DNA of 64,000 nt from Methanobacteriota archaeon (GTDB taxonomy: Archaea > Thermoplasmatota > Thermoplasmata > SG8-5 > JAGLSY01). The DNA lies in the NCBI GenBank assembly GCA_020696385.1, contig JAEHCQ010000002.1, positions 256,001 through 320,000 of the forward strand, in the 5' to 3' direction. Each line of letters opens with the position of its first letter. Within the stretch, counting starts at the first letter, position 1. Positions 50,177 to 59,880 of this stretch are shown here, piece after piece. The translations under genes were made by a program, and so were the position numbers. Under the pieces are notes generated by a model. That model made no database searches and had not been told where the DNA came from. It saw nothing but the letters and a program-made list of their open reading frames with translations.

Positions 50177-51367
50177 ATGCATCCAATTAATGATATTCGA
50201 GGATCATCTTCTTCCAGACTTGCTGGAAAAACCATTGTTCTTGGGATAACAGGCAGTATCGCGGCAGTGGAGACCATCAAAATGGCGAGGGAGCTGGCAC
50301 GGCATGGCGCTGATGTCATACCGGTCATGTCCGAAGCCGCCACGAAGATAATCCATCCGGATGCCATACACTTCGCCACTGGTCATGTTCCGATCATCAA
50401 ATTAGATGGAGCAGTGAAGCATGTGGAACTCTGTGGTGAGACCAGTAGCAGAGCGGACCTTCTCCTCATAGCCCCTGCAACAGCCAATACGATTTCAAAG
50501 ATAGCACATGCGATAGATGACACCCCGGTGACCACGATGGCCACATGCGCGATGGGTTCAAAGATGCCGATCGTGATCGTGCCCGCCATGCATGGCTCCA
50601 TGTACAAACACACTCTTCTTTTGCAAAACATCGAGCTTCTGAAAGAACACGGTGTTATTTTCGTCCAACCCAAGCTGGAAGAGGGCAAGGCCAAGATAGC
50701 TTCCAGGGATGATATAGTTCATTCGGTCATCTCCTGTCTGGGTGACAACACTTTTTCATCAAAGAAAGTGCTGGTAATAACCGGCCCCACATCCGAGCCA
50801 ATTGACGATGTCCGTGTGATAACCAATAGATCAACAGGGTTCACAGGCGTGCAGCTGGCCCTTGAAGCCTATTATCGAGGGGCGGATGTCGAGGTCTGGG
50901 CGGCAAGAGGTGTGGATGTCCCACATATGTTGAATGTGAAGAGATTTGAAAGTGTCGGCGATCTGGAAAAAATGGCAGGCGATGCCAAGGCTGATGTTAT
51001 TCTTGTGCCAGCAGCTATATCGGACTTCCTTGTTGAGAAACACCAAGGAAAGGTAAGCTCCTCCGAACCCATCACTATCCGATTGACCCAAGCACCCAAG
51101 ATACTAGCCCTTTTGAGAAAAAATACAGAAGCACTTATAGTGGGTTTCAAAGCAGAGACTGGCATAGACCTTGAGGAGCTGGAATCTCGGGCCATAAAAA
51201 GAATGAAAGAACATGGTCTAGGCATGATAATTGCCAATCTGATGGAGGATGTCGGTCTATATGATACGAAGGCCATGATCCTCCGAATGGACGGTAAGAA
51301 AGATATTTTCGAGCTGAAAAAATCAGAGCTGGCTACAATTGTTTTCGATATAATAAAAGGTGAATGA
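50177..51367 (+). CDS. coaBC: Phosphopantothenoylcysteine decarboxylase/ligase
   Basis: LGITGSIAA, APATANTISK, PAMH..MY, T.EPIDDVR.ITNRSTG, AAISDF, VGFKAE. Confidence 0.95.
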   Translation: MHPINDIRGSSSSRLAGKTIVLGITGSIAAVETIKMARELARHGADVIPVMSEAATKIIHPDAIHFATGHVPIIKLDGAVKHVELCGETSSRADLLLIAPATANTISKIAHAIDDTPVTTMATCAMGSKMPIVIVPAMHGSMYKHTLLLQNIELLKEHGVIFVQPKLEEGKAKIASRDDIVHSVISCLGDNTFSSKKVLVITGPTSEPIDDVRVITNRSTGFTGVQLALEAYYRGADVEVWAARGVDVPHMLNVKRFESVGDLEKMAGDAKADVILVPAAISDFLVEKHQGKVSSSEPITIRLTQAPKILALLRKNTEALIVGFKAETGIDLEELESRAIKRMKEHGLGMIIANLMEDVGLYDTKAMILRMDGKKDIFELKKSELATIVFDIIKGE

Positions 51368-51370
51368 CCA

Positions 51371-52333
51371 ATGGCCGGTTCAGCCATTGATACGAAGTCC
51401 ACTGATACCAGTACCACTAATAATGCCATGATCGATGATACTGAAAATAGAGTAAAAGCATACTGTCCCGGTCATATAACCGGGATGTTCACTGTCGAGG
51501 ATCAGGATCCCAATATTTTGAAGAAAGGCTCAAGGGGTGTGGGTTTCTGCACCCAATTGGGAGCCGTGTCCGAAGCAGCATTTCGACCCGGAACTGGAAT
51601 ACTGGCCATAAAGATAAATGGTAAAATATCGGCTTCTCCGATCACACGCCGGGCTTTGGGGCATATGGTTCCAAAGCTCAGCCTGGACATTGACATCAAT
51701 ATCGAGCTCCAAGCCCCCATCGGCCAGGGATTCGGTATGAGCTCCGCAGGCACGATGGCCACGTGCCTGGCCGTCGCCTCTTATCTTAATCTTCCAGCTC
51801 CTGACAAGCAAGCTCTTAAGGCCACGCATATGGCGGAGGTCGAATTAGGAGCGGGCTTGGGGGATGCGATAGCACAGGCAACAGGCGGTTTTGTCCAACG
51901 TCTGGCTCCTGGAATATCCAGCCTGGATAATACGAGAAAGCTGAAAGCCCCAGATACAGAAATCTTATTCTGCATACTGGGCGGGGAATTGAGCACCAGA
52001 AGTATCATCCAGCATCCGGAAAAGAAGAAAATCATATCGCAAGAGGGGGCGAAATATCTGGCCGAGTTCGGAGATAGGCCGAACTTCGATAATTTCATCA
52101 GTCTGTCTGGGAAATTCTCAAAGGGCACTGGTCTTCTGACAAATGAAATGTCAGAGGTTCTATTGAAGGCCAGTAATATCTCCAGGGGGAGCATGGTGAT
52201 GCTCGGGAATACGATATTCTGCATTCCCGATGATCCTTCCGACATCTTGCATTTGGAGGAGAGACTGGCCCAGTATGGAAATGTTATCCGGACCAGGATC
52301 ACCGAGACCAAACCCAGAATAATTCCAATTTAG
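51371..52333 (+). CDS. Archaeal pantoate kinase (GHMP family)
   Basis: PGHITG.F, GSRGVG, PIGQGFGMS.A, H.AEV...GLGD, R.APG; follows coaBC. Confidence 0.9.
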   Translation: MAGSAIDTKSTDTSTTNNAMIDDTENRVKAYCPGHITGMFTVEDQDPNILKKGSRGVGFCTQLGAVSEAAFRPGTGILAIKINGKISASPITRRALGHMVPKLSLDIDINIELQAPIGQGFGMSSAGTMATCLAVASYLNLPAPDKQALKATHMAEVELGAGLGDAIAQATGGFVQRLAPGISSLDNTRKLKAPDTEILFCILGGELSTRSIIQHPEKKKIISQEGAKYLAEFGDRPNFDNFISLSGKFSKGTGLLTNEMSEVLLKASNISRGSMVMLGNTIFCIPDDPSDILHLEERLAQYGNVIRTRITETKPRIIPI

Positions 52334-52441
52334 TTCATTAATGACCTAATAGATTAGGGGCATCTTTTTATTACAATGCTATATTATTAGAATAAAATGG
52401 GGAAGATATTCTGCATTTGTAAAATATAATGGAGTGGAAAA

Positions 52442-53266
52442 ATGGCATTAGAACTATTTGGCCAAGATCTGGAAGCGGATATATACGCAGGTATCAGCCT
52501 GTTGGATATCATTCTCTTCTTGATCGTTCTGGTCGTAGGATTAATCGTGGCCCGCGTAGCAGCTGGCTCGGTCAAGAAAAAATTGAATAAGATGAACGCT
52601 GGCGAAATACTCGCTGACTTCGCTTCCCGAATATTGAGAATCGTATTGTATGTGTTCGTGATCGGAATAGCAATCGGCTTCCTGGGCGTGAATGTAGGAG
52701 CCGCTCTGGTAAGCGTATCAGTCGTGCTCGGGTTCGTACTTGGTTTCGCACTGGGTGACACCCTCAGCAACTTCGCTGCTGGGTTCATGATCGCCATAAC
52801 CAAGCCCTTCAAGAAAGGCGATTATGTCGATGTCGCTGGACAGTCTGGCTCTGTCAAGAGTGTGGGCATAAGCATAACCGAGCTCAATACACCGGACAAC
52901 AAGCACATCATCATACCGAACAAGGCAGTCTGGGGCGGAAGCATCGTGAACTATTCCAAACACGCACTCAGAAGAGTGGATATGAAAACAGGTGTAGGAT
53001 ATGATGACAACCTGGATCTGGCTCTCAAGACCACGATGGACATAGTGGTGGCCCATCCAAAGGTTTTGAAGGATCCAGCACCTCAAGTCGTGATAGCCGA
53101 GATGGCCGATTCATCGGTCAATATCGTCATCAGGCCATGGTCCAAGAACGCGGATTACTGGGATGTGTTCTTCGACCTCCAGAAATCATTGAAGGAAGGC
53201 TATGACAAGGCCGGTTTGAGTATCCCATATCCTCAGACCGATGTTCACATGATCGAGAAGAACTGA
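52442..53266 (+). CDS. mscS: Small-conductance mechanosensitive channel
   Basis: GFAL..TLSNFAAG, KPFKKGD, TPDN..I.IPN, GVGYDD, SIPYPQ.DVH. Confidence 0.93.
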   Translation: MALELFGQDLEADIYAGISLLDIILFLIVLVVGLIVARVAAGSVKKKLNKMNAGEILADFASRILRIVLYVFVIGIAIGFLGVNVGAALVSVSVVLGFVLGFALGDTLSNFAAGFMIAITKPFKKGDYVDVAGQSGSVKSVGISITELNTPDNKHIIIPNKAVWGGSIVNYSKHALRRVDMKTGVGYDDNLDLALKTTMDIVVAHPKVLKDPAPQVVIAEMADSSVNIVIRPWSKNADYWDVFFDLQKSLKEGYDKAGLSIPYPQTDVHMIEKN

Positions 53267-53300
53267 TTGAAATCGTGTGAAAAATAATAATAAAGAGGAA

Positions 53301-53328
53301 TGGCAGAGCGATAACATCGCTCTGCCAC
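53301..53328. terminator. 12-bp perfect hairpin between convergent mscS and bioY
   Basis: TGGCAGAGCGAT-AAC-ATCGCTCTGCCA. Confidence 0.6.
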
Positions 53329-53368
53329 CATTTCATTATTTAGATGCGTGTTTTTACTTAGATAGACA

Positions 53369-53992
53369 TCAAACGATCTGCCTGGTGGTTATCATCCTGC
53401 TAACTGAGGCAGCTGCGATCACTTTGACCGCGTCTCCGGTGATGAAAGGTACGACGGCCATAGCCAGTACGGTTCCCGCACCATATCCGGTCATGATACC
53501 GAACCACAGGGCGCCGAAAGCGTAGATGATACCCACACCGATCGACATGAGGGCCAGTAAATTGTGGAAGTTCCTTGTTTTGTAGTACTTCTCCACCGCC
53601 CAGCCGATGACACCAGCGGCAATGACGAATCCAACCAGATATCCCAATGTCACCATGCCAGTTATACCAGCCAACCACGGGACTCCAGCAAGACCAAGGC
53701 CAACATACAGGCCTTGGCTCAATGTGCCGAACCTGCTGCCGAGAACAACACCTGCCAGCAGAACTGCGAAGACCTGGCCAGTAAGTGGGATCGGGTTACC
53801 TGGCATGAAGAATTTCACTTGTGCCAGAAGCCCAGTTAAACATGCGAAGCTCAGTGCGAGTATGACCTTGCGTGCAAAGTCCAGTTCATTCTGCCATTCA
53901 TAGAACCTGTGTCTCAGGAATCTGTATTTGTTTACGGAAACATTGACCATATTGGATCTCTCCATTTCACCCATAGGGTTGTGATGGGGCAT
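53369..53992 (-). CDS. bioY: Biotin transporter S component (start may be downstream)
   Basis: AQV...PIPLTGQVFAVLLAG, LG..G.P, GYLVGF, PFI.GD..K. Confidence 0.9.
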   Translation of the reverse strand: MPHHNPMGEMERSNMVNVSVNKYRFLRHRFYEWQNELDFARKVILALSFACLTGLLAQVKFFMPGNPIPLTGQVFAVLLAGVVLGSRFGTLSQGLYVGLGLAGVPWLAGITGMVTLGYLVGFVIAAGVIGWAVEKYYKTRNFHNLLALMSIGVGIIYAFGALWFGIMTGYGAGTVLAMAVVPFITGDAVKVIAAASVSRMITTRQIV

Positions 53993-54022
53993 GGAAATTA
54001 TCTATTTAACAATACCCATACC

Positions 54023-54060
54023 ATTATGATTTGATTATGATTTGATTATGATTTGATTAT
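54023..54060. repeat. 11-bp tandem repeat x3.5 at a gene end
   Basis: ATTATGATTTG x3 plus ATTAT, spanning the stop codon of the gene ending at 54046. Confidence 0.85.
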
Positions 54061-55158
54061 ATTTTGATAGATGTAATCCAACAATTCTTCCTTTTCTCTC
54101 ATTATTTTATCTTCACCGATCTCAGCCTCAAAAGTATCAAATTTTTGCCCTATATTATGAAGATCATCATCACTCAAATACTTAGTGGCAAATGGAAAGA
54201 ATTTCTCATCCTCAAATTTGATATGATTTGCCAGAAGTTCATTATATTTTCGAGCACTTTCCTTGATCGGAGCAATATTCCTTCTTTTGATATCGACATA
54301 AATATCGATATCAAATTTCAAGCTCTTGATATGCTCCTCCACTTCGCTTATTTCATCTTCAATTTTAATGCTTAGTTCGAACTGGTTGATCGTTTTGATC
54401 AATAAATATAGCTTTTCTCTCTGTTCTTCAACATACACGGAAATAAAACCCTGAAGATCGGAGAAAAGGCTCTCAAGTTCATCATGTTGCTCATGGATGC
54501 TGACGAAAGCTGTATTGGATATACCTTCAAACCAGGCATTGGTGCTTTGACTTAAAACTTCCAGGAAATGGTCCATGAATATCTTCTCTTTACCATGATG
54601 CTGGGAGACCTCGAGTATCAACAAATGCTTGGATAATTGTTGAAGAACATCAAGATTAATATCCACATCAGACTCATTGCACAAACGATTAAAAATCTCG
54701 GTCACAGCCCTTAAATAAGTATGATCTTTCATCAATGACATAATCGGGTTTGTGAAAGAGCCAGTATCTACGATGATAGTTTTTTCTTTAATAAATCTCT
54801 TCGCAATATCAATCCTTTCCATCAATAATTCCTTATCAATTGGCTTAGTAATAAAATCATTAATTCCTTGGTCTATGGCGAACATTATATTATCTATATC
54901 TTTGTTTGAGGAAATCATTATGATGTAGCAATTCTTTCCAGAAATATTGTTAAATTCTTGTATATCTCTGCTAATTGCGACACCACTGACATCCGGGAGA
55001 TGCCAATCCAGAAGAACAAGATCATAATCTCCTGTTTTATAATCTTCCAGAGCGCTGACACCTTCTGAAAATTCACTAACCTGGTGTCCATTCTCTTCAA
55101 GGAATTTTGACACTAGTTTTCGTTGCACCATATTTTCTTCGATAATCAACACTTTCAT
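54046..55158 (-). CDS. Response regulator receiver fused to a hemerythrin-like domain
   Basis: IIEE, LLDWHLP..SG, S, FITKP receiver; H..L, HH.KE..F, HE.H, HI..ED..FP hemerythrin motifs; AT-rich. Confidence 0.8.
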   Translation of the reverse strand: MKVLIIEENMVQRKLVSKFLEENGHQVSEFSEGVSALEDYKTGDYDLVLLDWHLPDVSGVAISRDIQEFNNISGKNCYIIMISSNKDIDNIMFAIDQGINDFITKPIDKELLMERIDIAKRFIKEKTIIVDTGSFTNPIMSLMKDHTYLRAVTEIFNRLCNESDVDINLDVLQQLSKHLLILEVSQHHGKEKIFMDHFLEVLSQSTNAWFEGISNTAFVSIHEQHDELESLFSDLQGFISVYVEEQREKLYLLIKTINQFELSIKIEDEISEVEEHIKSLKFDIDIYVDIKRRNIAPIKESARKYNELLANHIKFEDEKFFPFATKYLSDDDLHNIGQKFDTFEAEIGEDKIMREKEELLDYIYQNIIKS

Positions 55159-55223
55159 CTCTTTCCCTCATTCCAATTGAACATCGTTATGAACCATATA
55201 AATACATTTAGGCTAATTTACGA

Positions 55224-55469
55224 TCATTCAAAAAGCGTGAATAGCTGGTCATCCTCTCCAACATCAAATAATCCCAATCTCGCCCCCGCATCCAGCCAGC
55301 GTGAGCCTTTTCTTTTAACTTCGCTGCGCTGGCTTGGGCTCCAAAAGAACAAGTATCACAGTGCAAAAGAAAACTCGCCCAAGCCTACTCGCTCATTGAT
55401 ACAATGTGAATAGCTGGTCATCCTCTCCAACATCAAATAATCCCAATCTCGCCCCCGCATCCAGCCAGC
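55224..55469. repeat. Duplication of the DUF357 gene 3' end flanking a 92-bp structured insert (55301..55392)
   Basis: 64-bp identical direct repeats at 55237-55300 and 55406-55469, each extended by 13 diverged bp ending in a stop codon. Confidence 0.9.
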
Positions 55470-55689
55470 CATGTGCGTAATTCACACATGCGAAGGCATT
55501 GATATAATCACCAGTATTGAAAAAATGCTCCGCATCCTCGAAATAAGCATTGGCCATTTTGAGAAAGTCTTCAGCCGCTGTCCTCATGAAGGATCGATCT
55601 GGGGAGATTATCTTCAATTTATCCAGTGCCTTTCTCGTCTTCTCCAGGTAAGCCACTATGTGCTCTTCTGAGACTGTATCTCTTTCCAT
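55393..55689 (-). CDS. DUF357 family protein
   Basis: MA.AY..DA.HF...GD..NAFA.VNYAHGWLDAGARLG. Confidence 0.9.
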   Translation of the reverse strand: MERDTVSEEHIVAYLEKTRKALDKLKIISPDRSFMRTAAEDFLKMANAYFEDAEHFFNTGDYINAFACVNYAHGWLDAGARLGLFDVGEDDQLFTLYQ

Positions 55690-56257
55690 TGAAAGCAGGT
55701 ATGCGCTTTCTATTAAATATGTATGCGCCCAAATGATTTAGCTCGTCTATGATGTCTGGCTCCCATTCATCACCCATTTTCTGCTTCATATTTTCCCTGT
55801 GGATCATGTAGGCATAGACAAGGGCTATTGCGAGATAGTTCAAGGCCAGTATAAGCACATTGTTCCAAGATATTCCCTGGAAATAAACTTCGGATGACAA
55901 TGGATAAATAAACCTGGTCGCGAACATGCTGGTCTCGTGGAATGGAATATCCAGAAGTATGTGGATGATCCAACCAGAAAGCGCAGGAAGAAGTCTGGGC
56001 TTCAGTTTCCATAATATCACACCAACAATAAAGACCGTGACAAAACTATGTAATATGAAATAGATATCGAGAAACACCTGAGGAATGTTTCTCATCGCCT
56101 CAGCATAGCTGGTATCCATGGGCGACCAGAACATGGAGTAGAGCATTATCAACAGGAATCCCACATCCGGGAGCATGGAGAAGATAAGAGCCTCATCATG
56201 CCAGAGCTTGTTCCTGGTGGGGATATGCACCCACAGAATATGAGAAAAGAAATCCAT
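55619..56257 (-). CDS. Membrane-bound metal-dependent hydrolase-like protein (YdjM-like)
   Basis: MDFFSH, LPD, HS, HILLD...H, YP pattern; the 3' end overlaps the DUF357 start. Confidence 0.65.
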   Translation of the reverse strand: MDFFSHILWVHIPTRNKLWHDEALIFSMLPDVGFLLIMLYSMFWSPMDTSYAEAMRNIPQVFLDIYFILHSFVTVFIVGVILWKLKPRLLPALSGWIIHILLDIPFHETSMFATRFIYPLSSEVYFQGISWNNVLILALNYLAIALVYAYMIHRENMKQKMGDEWEPDIIDELNHLGAYIFNRKRIPAFNGKRYSLRRAHSGLPGEDEKGTG

Positions 56258-56410
56258 TAGTAATAAAATGTGAATTAGTATATATAAGTTGATTGGTATG
56301 GTTTTTTGTAATTAAGAATAATTTATGATACCCCATATTCGACTCCCCCCCTCACCCAGATATCTTGATCGACATAAAAAATTAAATACCCATATACTAT
56401 TTTCACTCTC

Positions 56411-56944
56411 ATGACGAACGAGAAAGCCAGACAGACCCGCGGAGGTGTGGTCAAAGGCTATGCCAAGTACATCAAGAAGAAATGGGGGACAGATGGTGTT
56501 TTGGCATGCCAGAGAGATATTGGAGAACTGGGATTCGAGGTCAAAGAGGATGCCTGGTACCCGGAGGAAGTCAATGTCAAGATACTCCAGTGGATCGCTG
56601 ACAATTATGGATTAGAGTATGTGGAGAAGGCCGCGGCCTCCACCATATCTGAAAGGGGTGTTGTGGCTTATGCGGCCAAGCTGGCGGGCATCAAGAAGGT
56701 TTTGGAGCGCGGGGTCGAGGATTATTACCGCAATTTCAATTATGGGAAGATCGACATCGATATCAGTGACAATCAAGCCACGGTCACCTTGACAGATTCA
56801 ACATCCAATGAGGTAGATTGTGTTTCCTGGAAAGGAGCCCTGAAAGGAGTGTACAAGCTCGTTAATAAGACCGGGGACGTGCAGGAGATGGAGTGTAGCC
56901 ACAAAGGTAAGAGTGCGTGCAAGTTCCTCATGACCTGGGAGTAG
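56411..56944 (+). CDS. V4R/HNOB-like small-molecule-binding protein
   Basis: KYI..KWG, WYP, C..WKG.L.G, E.EC...G...C.F...W. Confidence 0.65.
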   Translation: MTNEKARQTRGGVVKGYAKYIKKKWGTDGVLACQRDIGELGFEVKEDAWYPEEVNVKILQWIADNYGLEYVEKAAASTISERGVVAYAAKLAGIKKVLERGVEDYYRNFNYGKIDIDISDNQATVTLTDSTSNEVDCVSWKGALKGVYKLVNKTGDVQEMECSHKGKSACKFLMTWE

Positions 56945-57055
56945 TTGACACTCTCTGTAATATTTTTAACATTCGGCTATAGCCAGCTAATTAAAGGATT
57001 ACCTGGCCTGTGTTTTTGGCAGGCCAGCATTAACATAATTCCAGTCGCTCGGGTA

Positions 57056-58651
57056 TTACTCGATTATCTTCACAGATTCTCCGCCGTGCCTCGTCTCTCT
57101 TGGCCTGATCTGGACAAATAGAGGATTCGATACTCCGCCACCACTGACGATCGCTATGCCAATGGGTATGCGCTGTATCTCATCCGCCATTCCGGCTGAC
57201 AAGCCTTCTACTGACGAAACAATGGCTTTGATATCATTCGGATTAGTAACCTTGAGAATGACCTGGGTATTGCACTGGCTCAGCACATTTTTATCGACTT
57301 TGGCCGCCCTCTGTGTGATGATCACCATGCCGAGGCCGAACTTCCTGCCTTCTGAAGCTATGGTCCGCATGATCTTGGATGAATCCATCACACCCTGCTG
57401 TGGACAGTAATTATGTGCTTCCTCGACCACCATCAGCATCGGTGGTATGGAATTGACCTTCCTCAGTTCGAAAAGCGCCGTGGCTATCCTGGCAACAATA
57501 AGTGCTTGAATATCTGGGGGTGTTCCTCTCAGGTTCAGGATAGTGGTCATGCCCTTGACAATGAGCTCGTTCATCTTGGTCCCGCGCTCGGCAAATATAT
57601 CTATTGAATTGAGATATTCCAGCTCTTGGATGAGAGTTCCAACTCCCCCATCTTCCTCAGCTTCCAGAACTGTCATCAGCTCCCGCAGACTGAAGGTGGA
57701 TTTGGTCGCCTTCAGAGCCTCGATGGCTTTTTTGAGCGATGTCAGCTCCTTCCGTCCATTTTTGATATTGGTGAGGTCAAGAAGATCTTTCGGTTCCATA
57801 TTGGATAATGTGAATTTCAGTGGTTTGGCATTGGGGTTGATCTTCGTATCTGGTGAGAATTCCATTATTTTGTCCTTGTACGATCTCGGGGTGATGCCGA
57901 ACTTCTCCGCCCCCTCGACGACCACGCCAGAATCCACCATCGAATTGTATTCTCCATGTGGATCCACAATGAGCACGGTGACATCGTGCTTCATAAGTTC
58001 CTCAAGAATGACACCAGTCATGTAACTCTTACCACCACCGGTCTTGGCCAGGACAGACACGTGTTTCTGAACCATGGAATTGATATCCAGTTCTATTCGG
58101 ATATCATGGCCATTGAGCATTCCGATGAATGCTCCAGTTCTCGCATCTTCCTTGATACCAATGACATCGCGTATCAATTCATCATCAGCTGCCAGTACTG
58201 GAGACCCTGCTTTGAAGGGTGTACCAGGTACTTGCAGCAGACCACGATCATCGCGATATCCTAACATCGTGATCATCGCACTGACCCTTTCCTCGATGTT
58301 CACATGCTGACCTTCGGCCATTAATTTCGCCTTGTCCAGTGAGAGATTGGTCTTTCTCTCCATGGAATCCACCTGACCCAGGACCATGCCACAGGCCTCG
58401 TGGGGAACCATGATGTACTCGGCTTTTTCCAAATGGCCAGTCACACTGCATTTGAAGGTCGTGGTCCCGACATCGCCGTAAATTATCCCGACGACATTGG
58501 AGCCTGGTGCATGACCGTCATGATTCGCCTCATTGAGATTATCATGGGTGTGATCATCCGTATGATCATCAAACGTATTTACATCGTTCTGGCCTTCGCT
58601 AACCGTGTCCGTATCCTTTTCATAATCTGAATTATCTTGCATCCCATCCAA
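57056..58651 (-). CDS. HerA/FtsK-like ATPase (HAS barrel + DUF87)
   Basis: H.SVLAKTGGGKS, DPHGEY, VEEAHNY.P, EGRKFG, TQR, SQCNT, NPND. Confidence 0.9.
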   Translation of the reverse strand: MDGMQDNSDYEKDTDTVSEGQNDVNTFDDHTDDHTHDNLNEANHDGHAPGSNVVGIIYGDVGTTTFKCSVTGHLEKAEYIMVPHEACGMVLGQVDSMERKTNLSLDKAKLMAEGQHVNIEERVSAMITMLGYRDDRGLLQVPGTPFKAGSPVLAADDELIRDVIGIKEDARTGAFIGMLNGHDIRIELDINSMVQKHVSVLAKTGGGKSYMTGVILEELMKHDVTVLIVDPHGEYNSMVDSGVVVEGAEKFGITPRSYKDKIMEFSPDTKINPNAKPLKFTLSNMEPKDLLDLTNIKNGRKELTSLKKAIEALKATKSTFSLRELMTVLEAEEDGGVGTLIQELEYLNSIDIFAERGTKMNELIVKGMTTILNLRGTPPDIQALIVARIATALFELRKVNSIPPMLMVVEEAHNYCPQQGVMDSSKIMRTIASEGRKFGLGMVIITQRAAKVDKNVLSQCNTQVILKVTNPNDIKAIVSSVEGLSAGMADEIQRIPIGIAIVSGGGVSNPLFVQIRPRETRHGGESVKIIE

Positions 58652-58932
58652 GATGAATCATCTCCATTTTATTTCGAGATTTCGTATGTGAGGACTCAGT
58701 TCACACATATGAAACTTCGATATTTTTCGAAGTTCCGGAAACAATCACTCGCGTTCTCGCTTCCATTCACTTCCAATATATCAACCAGTATATAATTAGG
58801 TGAATATAAATATATGGGACAATATGGTTTTATAATATTTTGTTTATCAAGCCACAAATGGATCATCACCTATTATATTAACAATCGTTAGGTCAAAACA
58901 TTATATATGAGTTTTCGGCTATATTAAATATA

Positions 58933-58946
58933 TTCGGCATACCGAA
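58933..58946. promoter_or_regulatory. Putative DtxR/IdeR-type metal repressor operator
   Basis: TTCGGCATACCGAA palindrome between a TATA-like TTATATAT (58901) and the iron permease ATG; second half-site TTCGG near 58914. Confidence 0.5.
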
Positions 58947-58960
58947 AAAGAGGCAAAATA

Positions 58961-59872
58961 ATGATAGGGCAGTATTTGATAACATTCAGGGAAGTATTAG
59001 AAGCAGCATTGATAACAGCAATAATCATTGCATATTTTAAAAGAACCAATAAAGATCATTTGATAAAATATGTATGGCTTGGGATCTCATTAGCTTTAGT
59101 AGCCAGTGTGGGTATTGCCATGATAATTTCATTAATATACGGAGGACTCTCAAGCGCAGATGCGAAGCTGTTCGAGGGCATTGCGTCGATCATAGCCGTT
59201 ATTGTTCTTACTGGCATGATATTCTGGATGTCTATGAAGGGTAACACGATCAAAAAAGAGATTGATCAAAAAATTAGCCAAAGGATGACGAATGGGACAA
59301 TTATTGGATTGGTGGCCTTCTCCTTCATAGTTGTTTTTAGAGAAGGCTTTGAGACGGTTCTTTTCCTGATACCATTTGGAGCTTCAGATACCAATGCAAC
59401 TATAATTGGTGCTTCTCTCGGTCTCTTTTCCGCCCTATTTGTCTCATACCTCATATATTCTGTCGGTCTAAAATTGAATATCAGAAGATATTTCTATTTT
59501 TCTAGTATATTACTTGTATTACTGGCTGCAGGACTTTTGGGGTATGGGATACATGAATTAATATCATATCAAAAAGCAATTGGCACTGATGTGGGATGGC
59601 TGGGCATTTATGCCTTCGATCTTGGAATATCAGATGGGAGTTTCTTACACCATAAAGGAGCCATTGGTTCCATATTTGCAGTGATGCTTGGATATTCGGT
59701 TAAAATGGAATATGCGAGAATAATCGTTCATATATCCTATTTGATAATATTTCTACCACTTACAATTATCACATATAGAGCCCCCCATTACATCGATCGC
59801 CTGGCCATTCTGGGCAGAAGGATTTGGTTCTTTTTGAGACCCCAAGAAAAAATACAAACCATCAAAAAATAG
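58961..59872 (+). CDS. FTR1 family iron permease
   Basis: Two RExxE motifs (FREVLEA, FREGFET), 7 TM helices. Confidence 0.92.
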   Translation: MIGQYLITFREVLEAALITAIIIAYFKRTNKDHLIKYVWLGISLALVASVGIAMIISLIYGGLSSADAKLFEGIASIIAVIVLTGMIFWMSMKGNTIKKEIDQKISQRMTNGTIIGLVAFSFIVVFREGFETVLFLIPFGASDTNATIIGASLGLFSALFVSYLIYSVGLKLNIRRYFYFSSILLVLLAAGLLGYGIHELISYQKAIGTDVGWLGIYAFDLGISDGSFLHHKGAIGSIFAVMLGYSVKMEYARIIVHISYLIIFLPLTIITYRAPHYIDRLAILGRRIWFFLRPQEKIQTIKK

Positions 59873-59880
59873 TGCCCGAA

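Noticed and set aside
55224-55469. Diversity-generating retroelement VR/TR pair
   Set aside because: Differences include T/C, G/T and C/G and are not adenine-specific; no reverse transcriptase is in the window.
57056-58651. HerA-based defence system or herA-nurA repair operon
   Set aside because: No Sir2, nuclease, nurA, mre11 or rad50 neighbour in the window; treated as a stand-alone HerA-like ATPase.
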